A DNA stretch of 64,000 nt from assembly GCA_951406725.2 (NCBI GenBank), contig OX597833.1:40610001-40674000 (forward strand). Reading direction: 5' to 3'. The notes under the pieces were generated by a model, which was not told the DNA's origin, ran no database searches, and saw only the letters and a list, made by a program, of their open reading frames with translations. This DNA comes from Octopus vulgaris. Lineage: Eukaryota. The position numbers were made by a program, and so were the translations under genes. This document shows, piece by piece, positions 28,059-41,396 of the stretch. Position 1 is the stretch's first letter. Each line of letters opens with the position of its first letter.

Positions 28059-29706
28059 CAGGCTTGTTTCAGTTTCTGTCTACCAAATCCACTCACAAGG
28101 CTTTGGTCGACCCAAGGCTATAGTAGAAGACACTTGCCCAAAGTACCACACAGTGGGACTGAACCCGGGACCATGTGGTTGGTAAGCAAGCTACTTACCA
28201 CACAGCCATTCTTGCGCCTAGCTACTTACCATACAGCCACTCCTGCACATGGTCAGTTTCTAAGAAAACTTTTCCTACACCAGCACATACATACGTCTAC
28301 ACATGAACAACCCTATCCAATGGATCCTCTTTATGTATGTATGTATGTATGTATGTATATGTGTGTGTGTGTGTTCTCTTTCCCTTTTCAATTTGAGAGT
28401 AAATTTTGACTGACCACCTACTTGGTAGCAAGGTTGTGAAGGAAAGTATCTTCTTTTAACCATCATTCTTGAAATCTTAAGAAGGTCTTGCAGATTTTTA
28501 TAGTCTCAGATATCACGATCATTTGTAGTATATGAATTAAGGATTTGCAGTCTCTCCCCAAGATCCCAAGTTTGGCCTGGATATATGGATATGTATATGT
28601 ATATATGTATGCATGTGCATATATATATGTGTGAATGCATGTGTATGTGTGGGTGTGTGCATGTGCGTGTGTGTATGTGATTGTATTCATGTGTCTGTAA
28701 GTATCCATATACATATGTTCTCTTCTATCTTCAATTATTTGTCATGTTCCAGTAAGTAAATGATTCCTAATAAAGATACATACTCTGTCATTAAGATTAT
28801 AGTTAAGAAGAACAACATCACATGTTGAACTTGAGAAAAGTCTGGTGTATTTTTAATTTTTGGCTTACTGAGTGTATTTGTAATGTCCATGTTAACTGGT
28901 TGATTTCTTTTTGTGAAAGCTCTAGCTTTTCCAGAGTGTCACTTAGGCATTTACAAATGAAACGAATTTCACCATTATTAATATAAATGTGAATTAAGTG
29001 AGTGAGCTAGCAGAATCATTAGTATGCTGGGCAAAATGTTTAGTGGTATTTTGCCCATCTTGACACTCTGAGTTCAAATTCCGCCAAGGTTGATTTTGCC
29101 TTTCATTGCTATTGGGGTCAATAAAATAAGTACCAGTTAAGCACTGAGGTTGATGTCATTGACTTACTCCCTTCCCGGAATTTGCTGACCTTGAGCCAGA
29201 ATTTAAAACTGATATAAATGTGAATTTATAATCTGAGTATAGAACCTGAAGATTTTGAAGCAGTTGTCTGTAGTTATCCTTTTTCTCTTTGATTTTTGAA
29301 GAGATATTCACATCAGTAGGGCAGCCGAAGCTTTAGGATGGTACACACGTTTTTCCTTTTTGTTCAAACAATTATACTCAGCCATCTTTGTTTGCACTTG
29401 ATAAATTGATGGTAATGTCCCACCAATATTCTTTGTCTTGAAGTTTAGATATGTTTTCAATAACAGGGGAATTCTCTCTATTTATCCCAGGACAGTCTCT
29501 TTTTTTTTATTTTGGATGGCAATGTGTATTGTTTTAGCTATAGCGTCATGTCACATTGGAAGGCAGTATCTTGATGACATTTTTGGACAGCTGCTAATCA
29601 CATGTATGATGTCTTCCACAGAAATATGGCGTAATTTTGGAGCTTTATGGGCTTCACTGTCTCTTTTGTTAATTAAGAATTTTGTCTCCTACTCTTGGAT
29701 TGCGTA

Positions 29707-30260
29707 CGTGGTCTAGTGGTTAGAGCAGCGGACTCGCGGTTGAGGGATCGCGAATTCAAATCTCAGACTGGGCAATGTGTGTGCTTATAAGCTCCACATG
29801 GCCTAGTGGTTAGAGCAGCGGACTCGCTGTTGAGTGATCGCGGGTTCAAACCTCAGACTGGGCAATGTGTGTGCTTATAAGCTCCACATGGCCTAGTGGT
29901 TAGAGCAGCGGACTCGCGGTTGAGTGATCGCAGGTTCAAATCTCAGACTGGGCAATGTGTGTGCTTATAAGCTCCACATGGCCTAGTGGTTAGAGCAGTG
30001 GACTTGCGGTTGAGTGATCGCGGGTTCAAATCTCAGACTGGGCAATGTGTGTGCTTATAAGCTCCATGCGGCTCTCGTAGAAAGTAATGGCAAACTTCTG
30101 TTGACTCTTTTGTTACAACTTTCTCTCACTCTTTCCTACAACATCTTGCAGTTCACCTGCAACAGACTGGTATCCCTTCCAGGTGGGGAACCCATATGCC
30201 AAGGAAACTGGGAAACTGGCCCTTATGAGCCAGGCATGACTCGAGAAGGAACAAACAAAC
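29707..30260 (+). mobile_element. SINE family C with its tRNA-like head quadruplicated (4 x 90 bp)
   Basis: g(c/t)ctagtggttagagcag recurs at 29711, 29801, 29891 and 29981, followed by one body ending in (aaac)n. A single-head copy lies at 41397-41658. Confidence 0.88.
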
Positions 30261-30867
30261 TCTTGGATTGCAAATGCACAGCCTTTGAATTGTGATTTAA
30301 TGAAGTGGTCACGTGTCCAAGAGAAGCTGCACTTCTTGTTAATATTAGTATCATCCTAAGGTGGTGAGCTGACAGAATTGTGGATCCAACAGGCAAAATG
30401 TGTAGTGGCATTTCATCTGTCTTTATGTTCTGCGAAGGTCGAATTTGTCTTTCATTCTTTTGGGGTCAATAAAATAAGTACCAGTTGAGCACTAGGGTTG
30501 ACTAACCCCTCTACAAAATTGCTGGCCTTGTGCCAAAATTTGAAACTGATTTTATTAAAAAGGGAATATATATACATACATACATACATATGTAAGGATG
30601 GATGGATGGATGGATAGTTACATGCTAGGGTCAGCATGTAACCATCTATTGGAGTTTGTGGTTGTTGTTGTTTGAACAAGATGTAACTCTAAATTTTATT
30701 TAAATATCATAAATAAATAAGTGGCTTAATAGGTGTATATAATTATAAGGTTTTGAGTCTAGACATAAATACATTCGTGTTTGTTTAATGAAACTTATTG
30801 ATATTGTAATTGTTTTATAAATATAATGTTGTTTTCATTGTATTAACTGTTAATATTAGTATGTATT

Positions 30868-31585
30868 ATCATCATCATCATCATTTAATGTCCGTTGTCC
30901 ATGTTGGACGGTTTGGCTGGGCTGACACTCTGCAAGGCTGCACCAGACTCCAGTCTGATTTAGCATGGTTTTCTATGGTTGGATGCCCTTCTTAATACCA
31001 CCCATTCTGAGAGTGTAATGGGTGCGTTTACATGCCACCGGTACAGGTGGCAATTTGCATGACACCGGTATCTGCCACGACTGTAATTTTGCTCAGCTTG
31101 ATGGGTCTTCTTCTCAAGCACAACATAATGCCGAGGGTCTTGGTCATTGCCTTCACAAGGCCCAACACTTGAAAAGAACTCAGTCACTTTGCCTCCGTGA
31201 GGCCCAACACTCAAAAGGAACTCAGTCACCTTGACTCCTTGAGGCCCAATGCTCGAAAGGAACTCAGCTACCTTGCCTCTGTGAGGCCCAATGCTCAAAA
31301 GGAACTCAGCCACTTTGCCTCTGTGAGACTCAACACTCAAAAGATGTTCTTTACATGCCACCAGCACAGTTGCACTTGGCTTGACAGATCCTCTCAAACA
31401 CAGCACTTTGCCAAAGGTCACTGTCATCAGTCACTGCCTCTGTGAGGCTCAAATTTCAAAGGTCATGCTTCACCGTCTCATCCCATGTCTTCCTGGGTCT
31501 ACCTCTACTAAAGGTTCTCTCCACAATTAGAGTTCAGCACTTTTTTACACAGCTGTCCTTGTCAATATGCATCACATGACCATAT
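30868..31585 (-). mobile_element. RTE LINE 3' end with a long 3' UTR (42-bp tandem repeats) and (TGA)n tail
   Basis: An RGRPRKTWDE-type C-terminus lies at ~31480-31505, and ggcccaa recurs every 42 bp at 31159-31327. Related pieces lie at 2740-2988, 11520-11712, 26517-26700 and 26790-27262. Confidence 0.7.
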
Positions 31586-32648
31586 TGTTAAAATTATGTC
31601 CACCAGAATAAAACAAGAATCAAAGAGGTCTACAGGCCATCACTTTGCATAGCATTGCTAAAGAGTATGATGACAGGAAAATCATGGAGAATGGATGGAT
31701 GTTGCCAGAATGCAATCCTTCCCCACATAAGCATCATGGTTTGGGCAAAAAAGAGAAAAGGAGGAGTAGCAAGTGATAGAGAGGTGGTGGAGGTATGTGG
31801 GGTGGGGGAAGATATTCAATTTGCACAAATCAAATACTTTTCTTTCAATTTAATTATGGGTGGTAGTATGGTACGGTGAGAAGAAGAGACAATGGGGGAG
31901 ATGAAATGTTATAAAATACACACAGTGGGATGGTGGGAGATAGTGAGGGTACAGGAAAAGGGTACATGTACACTTGGCAGGGTGTATGCTCTAACCCACT
32001 GTTCAAGTATTTCACCTGGTTTGTGTGGGTGATTGAGACTTCTGCGGCATTGTGTTCACATCCAGTCAACATGGTCCTCTGCCACCAACCTCTTCATCTG
32101 TAACATCATTTTTCATCACCTTCCTCCCCAAGGCTTCATTGGTCTCCCTAATTCCACAAGTACCATTCACTTAGAGTATTCTTTGTGACTTTGTAGGAGT
32201 AAGAAAAAAGAAAAAAAAGAAAAGAAGACTTGCATGGCTGTGTGGTTAAGAAGCTTGCATTGCAACCACATGATTTCAAGTTCAGTCCTACCATGCAGCA
32301 CCTGGGGCAAGTATCTTCTACTATAGCACCATATCTTCTGTTAATGCCTTGCGAGTGAATTTGGAAACTGTGTAGAAGCCTGTCTTTATATATGTATATG
32401 TAAATGTACCTGCCCCCACCTGACAACCAGTGTTCTTTTATTCTTTTACTATTTCACTTGTTTCAGTCATTTGACTGCGGCCATGCTGGATCACCACCTT
32501 TAGTTGAGCAAATCAACCCAAAGACTTATTCTTTGGAAGCCTAGTACTTATTCTATCAGTTTCTTTTGCTGAACCCCTAAGTTACGGGGACGTAAACACA
32601 CCAGCATCAGTTGTCAAGCGATGTTGGGGGACAAACACAGACACACAA

Positions 32649-32721
<73 letters not shown>

Positions 32722-33064
32722 CGACGAGCTTCTTTCAGTTTCTGTCTACCAAATCCACTCACAAGGCTTTGGTCGGCCCGAGGCTATAGTAGAAGACACT
32801 TGCCCAAGGTACCATGCAGTGGGACTGAACCCAGAACCATATAGTTGGTAAGTAAGCTACTTACCACACAGCCACTCCTGCGCCTACATCCCTGTAACAT
32901 AGTGGTTCAGCAAAAGTGAGCAATAGAATAAATATCAGATTTTAAATAAAAACAGTACTGAGGTCAATTTGCTCAACTAAAGCCTTTAAGGTGGTGTCTC
33001 AAGAATGGTCACAGTCTAATGATCAAAACAAGTATAAATTAAAAGATAAAACACAAAATATAAT

Positions 33065-33480
33065 ACCTATTTCTTTACTACCCACAAGGGACTAAATACA
33101 GAGAGGACAAACAAGGACAGACAAATGGATTAAGTCGATTACATCGATCCCAGTGCGTAATTGGTACTTAATTTATCGACCCCGAAAGGATGAAAGGCAA
33201 AGTCGACCTCGGCGGAATTTGAACTCAGAACGTAACGGCAGACGAAATACCTATTTCTTTACTACCCACAAGGGGCTAAACACAGAGAGGACAAACAAGA
33301 ACAGACAAACGGACTAAGTCAATTATATTGACCCTAGTGTGTAACTGGTATGTATTTAATCGACCCCGAAAGGATGAAAGGCAAAGTCGACCTCGGCGGA
33401 ATTTGAACTCAGAACGTAACGGCAGACGAAATACCACTAAGCATTTCGACCGGCGTGCTAACGTTTCTGCCAGCTCGCCA
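33065..33480 (-). mobile_element. SINE family B with duplicated body
   Basis: Two ~184-bp body units are joined at gacgaaatac|ctatttcttt. Confidence 0.85.
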
Positions 33481-34206
33481 ATACCAAAGCTGTGTCAAAA
33501 TCTGGCAATAGCAAATTTTTGTCAATAGTTCCAGTAACTGAAAGAGTTCTTTACACTTTTGTAGACTTTTGTTCTCAGAACACTGCCAGGATTGATAAAA
33601 CAATTTTGTTTGAAATCATTTTGGAGAAATGTATTAATGGTTTGTTCATGTACAGCTGGTCCTTTTCATTAAAATAATGATTTTAGAATTTAGCACAAGG
33701 CCAGAAGTTTCAGGGGTCTGGACTAAGTCAATAACATCGACCCCAGTGATCAACTGGTAATTATTCTATCAATCCCAAAAGGATGAAAGGCTAAGTTGAC
33801 CTCAGCGGAATTTGAACTCGGAAAGTAAAGACGAACAAGATACTGTTAACGATTTTGCCCAGCATGCTAACCATTCTGCCAGCTCGCCACTATTTTTTTA
33901 ACAAAATGATCCTGGCCATGACAAAATATTTCAACACAAAATATATCAAACTAGAAGAACAAAACCTGATTGCCATTATATAAGAATAAAATCCTGTAAA
34001 AATGTACTGCAAGATGTAAAGGTGTTGTTGAGAAAACTTGAAGAAAATTATGAATGCATTGAAAAAGAAAAATATGAAGAAAAAATTAAAAATGTTTTTA
34101 TGTGAGATGTCTCTCATTGGTCTCAATTTCCACTCCCACAGGTCTCATTTCCAACTCTAGAAATTATGGTAGGCATGCATATATGAATACGCTATATGCC
34201 CACCGA

Positions 34207-34471
34207 CATATGGCGTAGTGGTTAAGAGCATGGGCTACTAATCCCAAGATTCCGAGTTCAAATCCAGGCAGTGACCTGAATAATAATAATAATAACATAC
34301 CTTAGGAATGAGAACCTAGGTTCGAAATTTCCCCAAGACACCTGATGAAGGCTGGAGGGTATATCAACTGAAACGTTGGGTTAACAACAAACAAGATGAG
34401 GACAAATATCCGTCAAATGTAAATAATGTAAATAATATACATAATTCCTCATCTCTTAAATATAGAACTGT
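34207..34471 (+). mobile_element. SINE family D (tRNA head + (TAA)n + hammerhead-like tail)
   Basis: A box TGGCGTAGTGG (34211), B box GTTCAAATCC (34256), and CTGATGAA...GAAACGTT at 34342-34377. Confidence 0.8.
34337..34382 (+). ncRNA. Minimal type I hammerhead ribozyme-like motif (degenerate copy)
   Basis: gacac-CTGATGAA-ggctg(loop)caact-GAAAC-GTT-gggtt. A second copy at 19935-19977 (-) has ggctg/tagct and gtgtt. Confidence 0.55.
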
Positions 34472-34536
34472 ATGAATATGCATTCTTTTATTTTTGCTTC
34501 AGCAATGTGGCTGTGGTCAAGTTGGAGTACCACTAT

Positions 34537-34653
<117 letters not shown>

Positions 34654-34906
34654 GCCATGATAGATCGTTAGTCATATAAACACATTTTTTTCTCTTCTTG
34701 TTTTTTCTGTGTCCCTTTCTGTAGATGAACGTAGGCTTGGAACGTAAAAGACTTTTTCTATTCCTGAGCGTTATACTAATACATCTGTTTGTTTTATACA
34801 CCACCTGTCTTCATCTTTTATTTTTTTCATAAACTCTCCCTACACACACACACACACACACACACATACACACACACATACATACATACATACATACATA
34901 CATATC

Positions 34907-34946
<40 letters not shown>

Positions 34947-35527
34947 CATATATACATATATATATATATATATATACATATAATATTTGCAGCTTTAATA
35001 AATTGTTATAGTATGAAACAATTGTACTAATTTTACCGGATCCATTCTTGTTGCTTATTTTTTGGTTATATATATATATATATACACACACACATGTACA
35101 TACACACATATACATATGTGTGTGTGTGTGTGTGTGTGTATGTATATATATGCACAGGCATGGGTGTGTGGTATGAAGCTTGCTTCCCAACCACATGGTT
35201 CCACCTTAGGCAAGTGTTTTCTACTATAGACTTGGGCCAACCAAAGCCTTGTGAATAGATTTGGTAGATGAAAACTGAAAGAAGCCCATCGTATGTGTTT
35301 ATATATATATATATGTTTGTGCCTGTGTTTGTTCCCCACCAACGTTTGACAACTGGTGTTGGTGTGTTTATATCCCCTTAAGCTAATTGTTCGGCAAAAG
35401 AGACCGACAGAATGAGTACCAGACTTAAAAAGGATAAATGCAGAGGCCTATTTATTCGACAAAAAATTCTTCAAGTCGGTGCCCCAGGACGGCTGCAGTC
35501 TAGTGACTGAAACAAGTAAAAGGTGAT

Positions 35528-35602
<75 letters not shown>

Positions 35603-35617
35603 AAGGTAGGTAGGTAG

Positions 35618-35649
<32 letters not shown>

Positions 35650-35670
35650 TGAGAGAGAAAGAGAGATATA

Positions 35671-36081
35671 GGATCTTTTCGGTTTGAACGGCAGTTTTTT
35701 CTAGCGGTGTCGTATGAAATTGTCACCCATAATTACGACCCTAGTATCGATCTATTGCATTTCAATCTGTTTTAGGGTTAGGGGTGGGGGAAAGGGTATC
35801 TTTTTTCTTTAGAAAAGTAAATAAACCCAGTCTGTTTCTTAAACGAGGGACATATTCATACGGCACGGAATGTTTTCACCTCAATAGACGTCATTGATTG
35901 GTTGAAATTGCAGAAATTGAAGAAAAAAACAACAAATATCTTACAAACTATATAATTTTCTCAATAAAACCAAGAGAAAAAAATGTTTTATTTCGACACA
36001 TTCTACTAGTATACGAAGTTTAAAAGTGTTTAGTTAAATGGAAATTATTTTAAAAAACTGCCGGTCAAACCGAAAAGATCC
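35671..36081. mobile_element. MITE with ~30-bp TIRs and 8-bp TSD (hAT-like), 130 bp inside intron 1
   Basis: GGATCTTTTCGGTTTGAACGGCAGTTTTTT / AAAAAACTGCCGGTCAAACCGAAAAGATCC, with TSD GAGATATA at 35663-35670 and 36082-36089. Confidence 0.88.
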
Positions 36082-36210
36082 GAGATATAAACTCGCACAC
36101 ATACATACATATATGCGCGCGTGTGTTAGGCATAACTATAGTTTGCTATCCCTTCATTTATATCGTTAAAGGCTCATATCGTTAAATAAACAATGAAAAC
36201 ATTCACTCAC

Positions 36211-36224
36211 GATTCTCCTGACAT
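36211..36224 (-). CDS. KIF28P: Kinesin-3 (KIF28P-like) coding exon 1: M S G E S(TC|G)
   Basis: The minus strand reads aaaacATGTCAGGAGAATC|gtgagt. The phase-2 donor joins exon 2 in frame to give MSGESVKVAVRVRPFN, the typical kinesin-3 N-terminus. It lies at the CpG-poor/CpG-rich transition. Subfamily is assigned from sequence style; KIF1-like is the alternative. Confidence 0.8.
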
Positions 36225-37031
36225 GTTTTGTTCTTGTCGAAATAATTTGCCAAATAAATACTGAACAAAATGACTTTCTTCAACTAAGAATGAAACTGAA
36301 ATTATTCAGTCTTTTTATCACTTTCTTGTTAACTTTGCTGATTTGATATTCTTCTATTCATTCACATGTTGATTGTTTATATCAAAACGAAACTAAGTGA
36401 TGCGGTCTGGCCGCAAACATCAGTCAATAATATTATGTGCGGCAGACGACCGGAAAAAAACACATATAAAGACACATTGATACATTGACACATACACTTA
36501 CTCCCAGCCTCTCTCTTTGTCTCTGTCTATCTCTAAGCCTTTCTCTCAGTCTCTTTCTCTCCCTCTCTTTATCTCACTCTCTTGCTCTATCTATCTCTAC
36601 TGCACACACGTATGCATATACAACACAAGAAACCACACACACACACACACGCACACACATACGTATGTACATACAAACATACGCGCACATCCTCTCCCTC
36701 TCTCTCTCTCTGTCGTGCTCTCTCACTCACCTCACACGCACAAACACTCACATGCACATACACATACATACATATGCCTTTACAAACACGCCCGCACACA
36801 TTCTTTCTCCCTTTCTCACTTAGCCTCCCTCTTTTCCTCTCTTCCTCTTTCTTTCTTTCTTTCTTTCTTTCTCCCTTTGCCCCCCTCTTTTCCTCCCTTC
36901 CTCTCTTCCTCTTTCTTTCTTTCTCTCTTTCACTTCCATCTCCCTCTTCCTCTTGCACTTCAAAGACGCGCTTCTTTGAACAGGTGTAAAACTGAATGAA
37001 TGCATGTGTATGTCCGTGCATGCATGCAAGC

Positions 37032-37062
<31 letters not shown>

Positions 37063-37450
37063 CGCGTGCGCTTATGTGTGCGCAGGCGCATGCATGGATT
37101 AGCGTGTGGTAGGAGGGAATGTTTGTATGCATGCGTATTTGTGTGTTCCCACCTCTTCCCCCTCTTCCTCTCTTTCTCTCTCTATACTTATTTGTTTTCT
37201 GGTTGGTTAATTGATTGATTGTCACGGAAATAAATATTACTGTCACTATGTTACAACTACAATTATCAAACAAGACATCATCGCAACCACCAGCAGCGCT
37301 CCGAGTCGTATCATCACTTCCACCACCGTCACCACCACCACCACCAACAACACCGTTACATCCATCTCTTGTAAACATCATCACCATAGTCACCACTTAT
37401 TGCAGAACTAATTCGATGCACACAAACACTTAACTTCACTACTATCACCG
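36225..37450 (-). promoter_or_regulatory. Probable 5' UTR/promoter region of the kinesin gene
   Basis: It lies immediately upstream of the ATG, is free of SINEs, retains CpG and contains CT/CA low-complexity tracts. The TSS cannot be determined from sequence. Confidence 0.4.
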
Positions 37451-37471
37451 CAACCAATCAACCAGGACCCT

Positions 37472-37523
<52 letters not shown>

Positions 37524-37793
37524 TGCCATCTTTTTTTTATTAATCCTTTCTTCTCCTAGGACACAAAGGCCTGAAATTCTGTTTTGGTGTAGGAGGAGCC
37601 TAGTCGATTATATCGACCCCTGAAAGGTAAAGTCGAACTTGGCAGATTTTAAACTCAGAACGTAAAAACCGGAAAAAAATGTCGTTAAGCATTTTGTTTG
37701 TCCTGCTAATGATTCTCGTTTTCTCTTTATTAAACCCTTCTACTATTATAAGCCAGTGCTCCTCAAGACGATGGCAGGTGTACCGCAGTGTAA

Positions 37794-38384
37794 CCTATTT
37801 CTTAACTACCCACAAGGGGCTAAACACAGAGAGGACAAACAAGGATAGACAAACGGATTAAGTCTATTATATCGACTCCAGTGCGTAACTGGTACTTATT
37901 TAATCGACCCCTAAAGGATGAAAGGCGAAGACGACCTCGGCAGAATTTGAACTCAGAACGTAGCGGCAGACGAAATACCTATTTCTTTACTACCCACAAG
38001 GGGCTACACACAGAGAGGACAAACAAGGACAGACAAACGGATTAAGTCGATTATATCGACCCCAGTGTGTAACTGGTACTTATTTAATCGACCCCTAAAG
38101 GATGAAAGGCAAAGACGACCTCGGCGGAATTTGAACTCAGAACGTAGCGGCAGACAAAATACCTATTTCTTTATTACCCACAAGGGGATAAACACAGAGA
38201 GAACAAACAAGGACAGACAAACGGATTAAGTCGATTATATCGACCCCAATGTGTAACTGGTACTTATTTAATAGACCTCGAAAGGATGAAAGGCAAAGAA
38301 TTTGAACTCAGAACGTAGCGGCAGACGAATTACGGTTACACATTTCGCCCGGCGTGCTAACGTTTCTGCCGGCTCACCGCCTTA
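37794..38384 (-). mobile_element. SINE family B with triplicated 184-bp body, within a dense same-orientation cluster (37545-40006)
   Basis: cctatttctt recurs at 37794, 37978 and 38162, with a single head at ~38340-38384. Confidence 0.88.
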
Positions 38385-39259
38385 AAGGCTAAGTGTACCG
38401 CTAGTGAGAAAAGGTTGTGGAGCATTGCTATAAGTATAAGGCCTGAAAATTTGTGTAGAGGGAGTGGGATACTCGATTACATCGACCCCAGTGCTCAACT
38501 GGTACTTACTTTATCAACCGCGAAAGGATTAAAGGCAAAGTCAACTTAGGCGGAATTTGAATTAAGAATGTAAAAACGGACCAAGTGCCGCTAAGTATTT
38601 TGTCCGTGGCACAAATGATTCTGCCAGCTCACCTCTTTATTAATTGTTTCAAATTTTGGCACAAGGACAGCAATTTTACCGGAGGGAGGGATAAATAGGT
38701 TACATCGATTCTCGGTGTTCAGCCGCGAAAGGAAGAAAAGTGAAGTCGATCTCGGCAGACTTCGAACTCTCAGAACGTAAAAGAGGAAGATGTGCCGCTA
38801 AGCATTTTGTCCATCGTACTAACGACTCTCCCAACTCGCTTTTTTTTTTATTTATGAAAAAGGAAGAATAGAGTTCGCATCCGTGTAGCTCTTATTACTT
38901 CCTCATATTGGTTTCAAATTTTGGCGAAGGCCAGCAATTTCGGGAGAGGGGTAAGTCAATTACATCGAACCCCACCCCCGCCAATCCGTGCTCAATTGGT
39001 AACTATTTTATCGACCCCGAAAGGATTAAAGGCAAAGTCGACCTCGGCGGAATTTGAACTCAGAACATAAAAGACAGACAAAATGCCGCTAAGCATTTTG
39101 CCCAGCGTGCTAACGGTTCTGCCAGCTCACCGCCTAATTACTTCCTCATATCGCTGGTGAAGTTTATATTTTAATTTTATTTATAAAATATGACAATTTG
39201 TTGGCCCTCTTTTTGCTCGATCCTCACAGCCCCCATCCTATGAGAAAAACTGACCTATA

Positions 39260-39750
39260 TCCACCACCACCACCACCACCATCGTCACCATAAAACCACC
39301 AAATATCCCCACCATTATCACGTACCACCACCACCACCACCACCGCAACAACAATCATTACCGCTAAAATTATTACCACCATCAACAACACTTGCCCCAA
39401 CCATCACTACCATTATAACTGCATATACGACCATCACACCATCACCACCACCACCACTCACTACCACATACCACCATCTGCACTATCATCACCACATACG
39501 ACCACAACCATCTCTACCATTCTTACCACAAATGCTACCATCACCGTTACCATATACCATCACCATCGCCATATACCATCACCACCGCCATTTACCATCA
39601 CTACCACCGATACCATCACCGCCATCACAAGCCGCCACCCCGGTATCACTACATATTACCACTACCATCGCCATTACCACATACCATCACTGCCACGTAC
39701 CACCAGTACGACAATCACATGCCTCTTCCACCACCACCACCACCACCAAT
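39260..39750. repeat. Degenerate (CAC/CAT)n low-complexity tract
   Basis: Imperfect trinucleotide repeats, the source of the T/H/P-rich ORF. Confidence 0.85.
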
Positions 39751-41396
39751 ACCGTTATCAATATCAAATACATATTTCTTTACTACCCACAAGGGGCTAA
39801 ACACAGAGAGGACAAACAAGGACAGACAAACGGATTAAGTCGATTATATCGACCCCAGTTGCTAACTGGTACTTATTTAATCGACCCCGAAAGGATGAAA
39901 GGGCAAAGTCGAGCTCGGCGGAACTTGAACTCAGAACGTAGCGGCAGACGAAATACTGCTGAGCATTTCGCCCGGCGTGCTAACGATTCTGCCAGCTCGC
40001 CGCCCTAAGAGGTTTGTGTGTTGCTCTGTCCATGTCTTTACCCACAAGACCATTGAGACAGCTATCAATATCAAATACCATCACGACCACCAATATTTAA
40101 TAATTACAAAAGGTAGTATATGATAATATCGGTGGAGTGTCTTGGAGCATTTAGTTACATCCCTATACACTTTGAGTTTAAATCCAATCGGGATCAACTT
40201 GCCTTTCCGTCCTTTCAGCGTCGGTAGAATAGAGTACCCGTTGATATAAGGATAAAATAGGGTACCAGGACCGTGATAATGCTTATAAGAACAGCGGTAT
40301 CAGTAGCTGTAGCGACAATAGCAGTAGCAGCAGCAAACGTTCAAGAATTTGGACCTGTAGATCTCCATTTCCAGCGACTTCGAGGGCCACCTCCCAGTGG
40401 TGTCGGGCGTCAACGAAGAGCCCTCGACTACAACAAGACGACCAAAGTTTTTATTTTTCCAAGGTCTGGGGTCTCCCGCCCCTAAGCCCTAGACCATCAC
40501 CTAATCACTCTTACCCGTCTTGTTGCTTAACAACAACAACAACAACAACAGCAGCAGCACCACCACCACCAAGAACGAGTGAATGAGCGAGGTTTTTACG
40601 CGGTCATTCGGACCTAATACAAAAAGCGATATCAAATGCACCTTCAGATCACACCATGTCGTTTAAAATACGAGAAAGACAGATCAAATAAGATATTTCC
40701 TAGACACTCGCCCACCACCACTACGCACATCAAAAGAAAAAGACGTGATGGTCGGCACTGGACTGTCGTCTTTGACCGTTAGTCTACTCGATCAGAGTCG
40801 ATTTGCAGCTGAACAACACCAAGAACAACTAAATCAACATCAACAGTATCAGAAATAACAACAACATTACTATCATCATCTTGGATCAATGAATCAATAG
40901 AAACAACACCAAAACAAAATGTATTACCACCGCCATCACGTCATTAAACACAGCCAACACTAGAGTCCATCAATTTCTTTTAAAATCCATATGAAAAAAT
41001 AAAATTTTTTAAGCCTTTAACACCCAAAAACTAACTTTAGTAGCATTCTGTAAATCTTTTCATAATGTGGATATACTGTAGAAAGCCATAAAACTGAAGT
41101 ATTCGTTTCGAGAAAACATCTAGTATAGACGTATAGTGCTATAAAAATAAAATTATATCAGTAGTAGACAAAAAGCGTGATCGCTCGAAGAATGTACCAT
41201 TGTTGGACCTTTCTTATTGGGAGAAAGCTGCACGTAGAATAACTGAAGTAAACTCGTAAACATTTGACTTGATATTTATTACCAGACATAATGATATTTG
41301 GTGTTGGCTAATTGAAACAAACGATATTAATGACTGCCGAATGAGAGGTTAGGAAAACTGTTCTGAAAATATGGAAAGCTATCTGTACAACATCAC

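Noticed and set aside
28780-29700. Possible decayed Penelope ORF (NNGEI, LRLPY on the minus strand)
   Set aside because: Only two very short motif matches with many stops; it needs a translated search.
29707-30066. tRNA gene cluster or CRISPR-like array
   Set aside because: There is no paired acceptor stem or T-run terminator and no unique spacers. The units lead into a SINE body.
35770-35790. Telomeric TTAGGG repeats
   Set aside because: Only two units, internal to a MITE.
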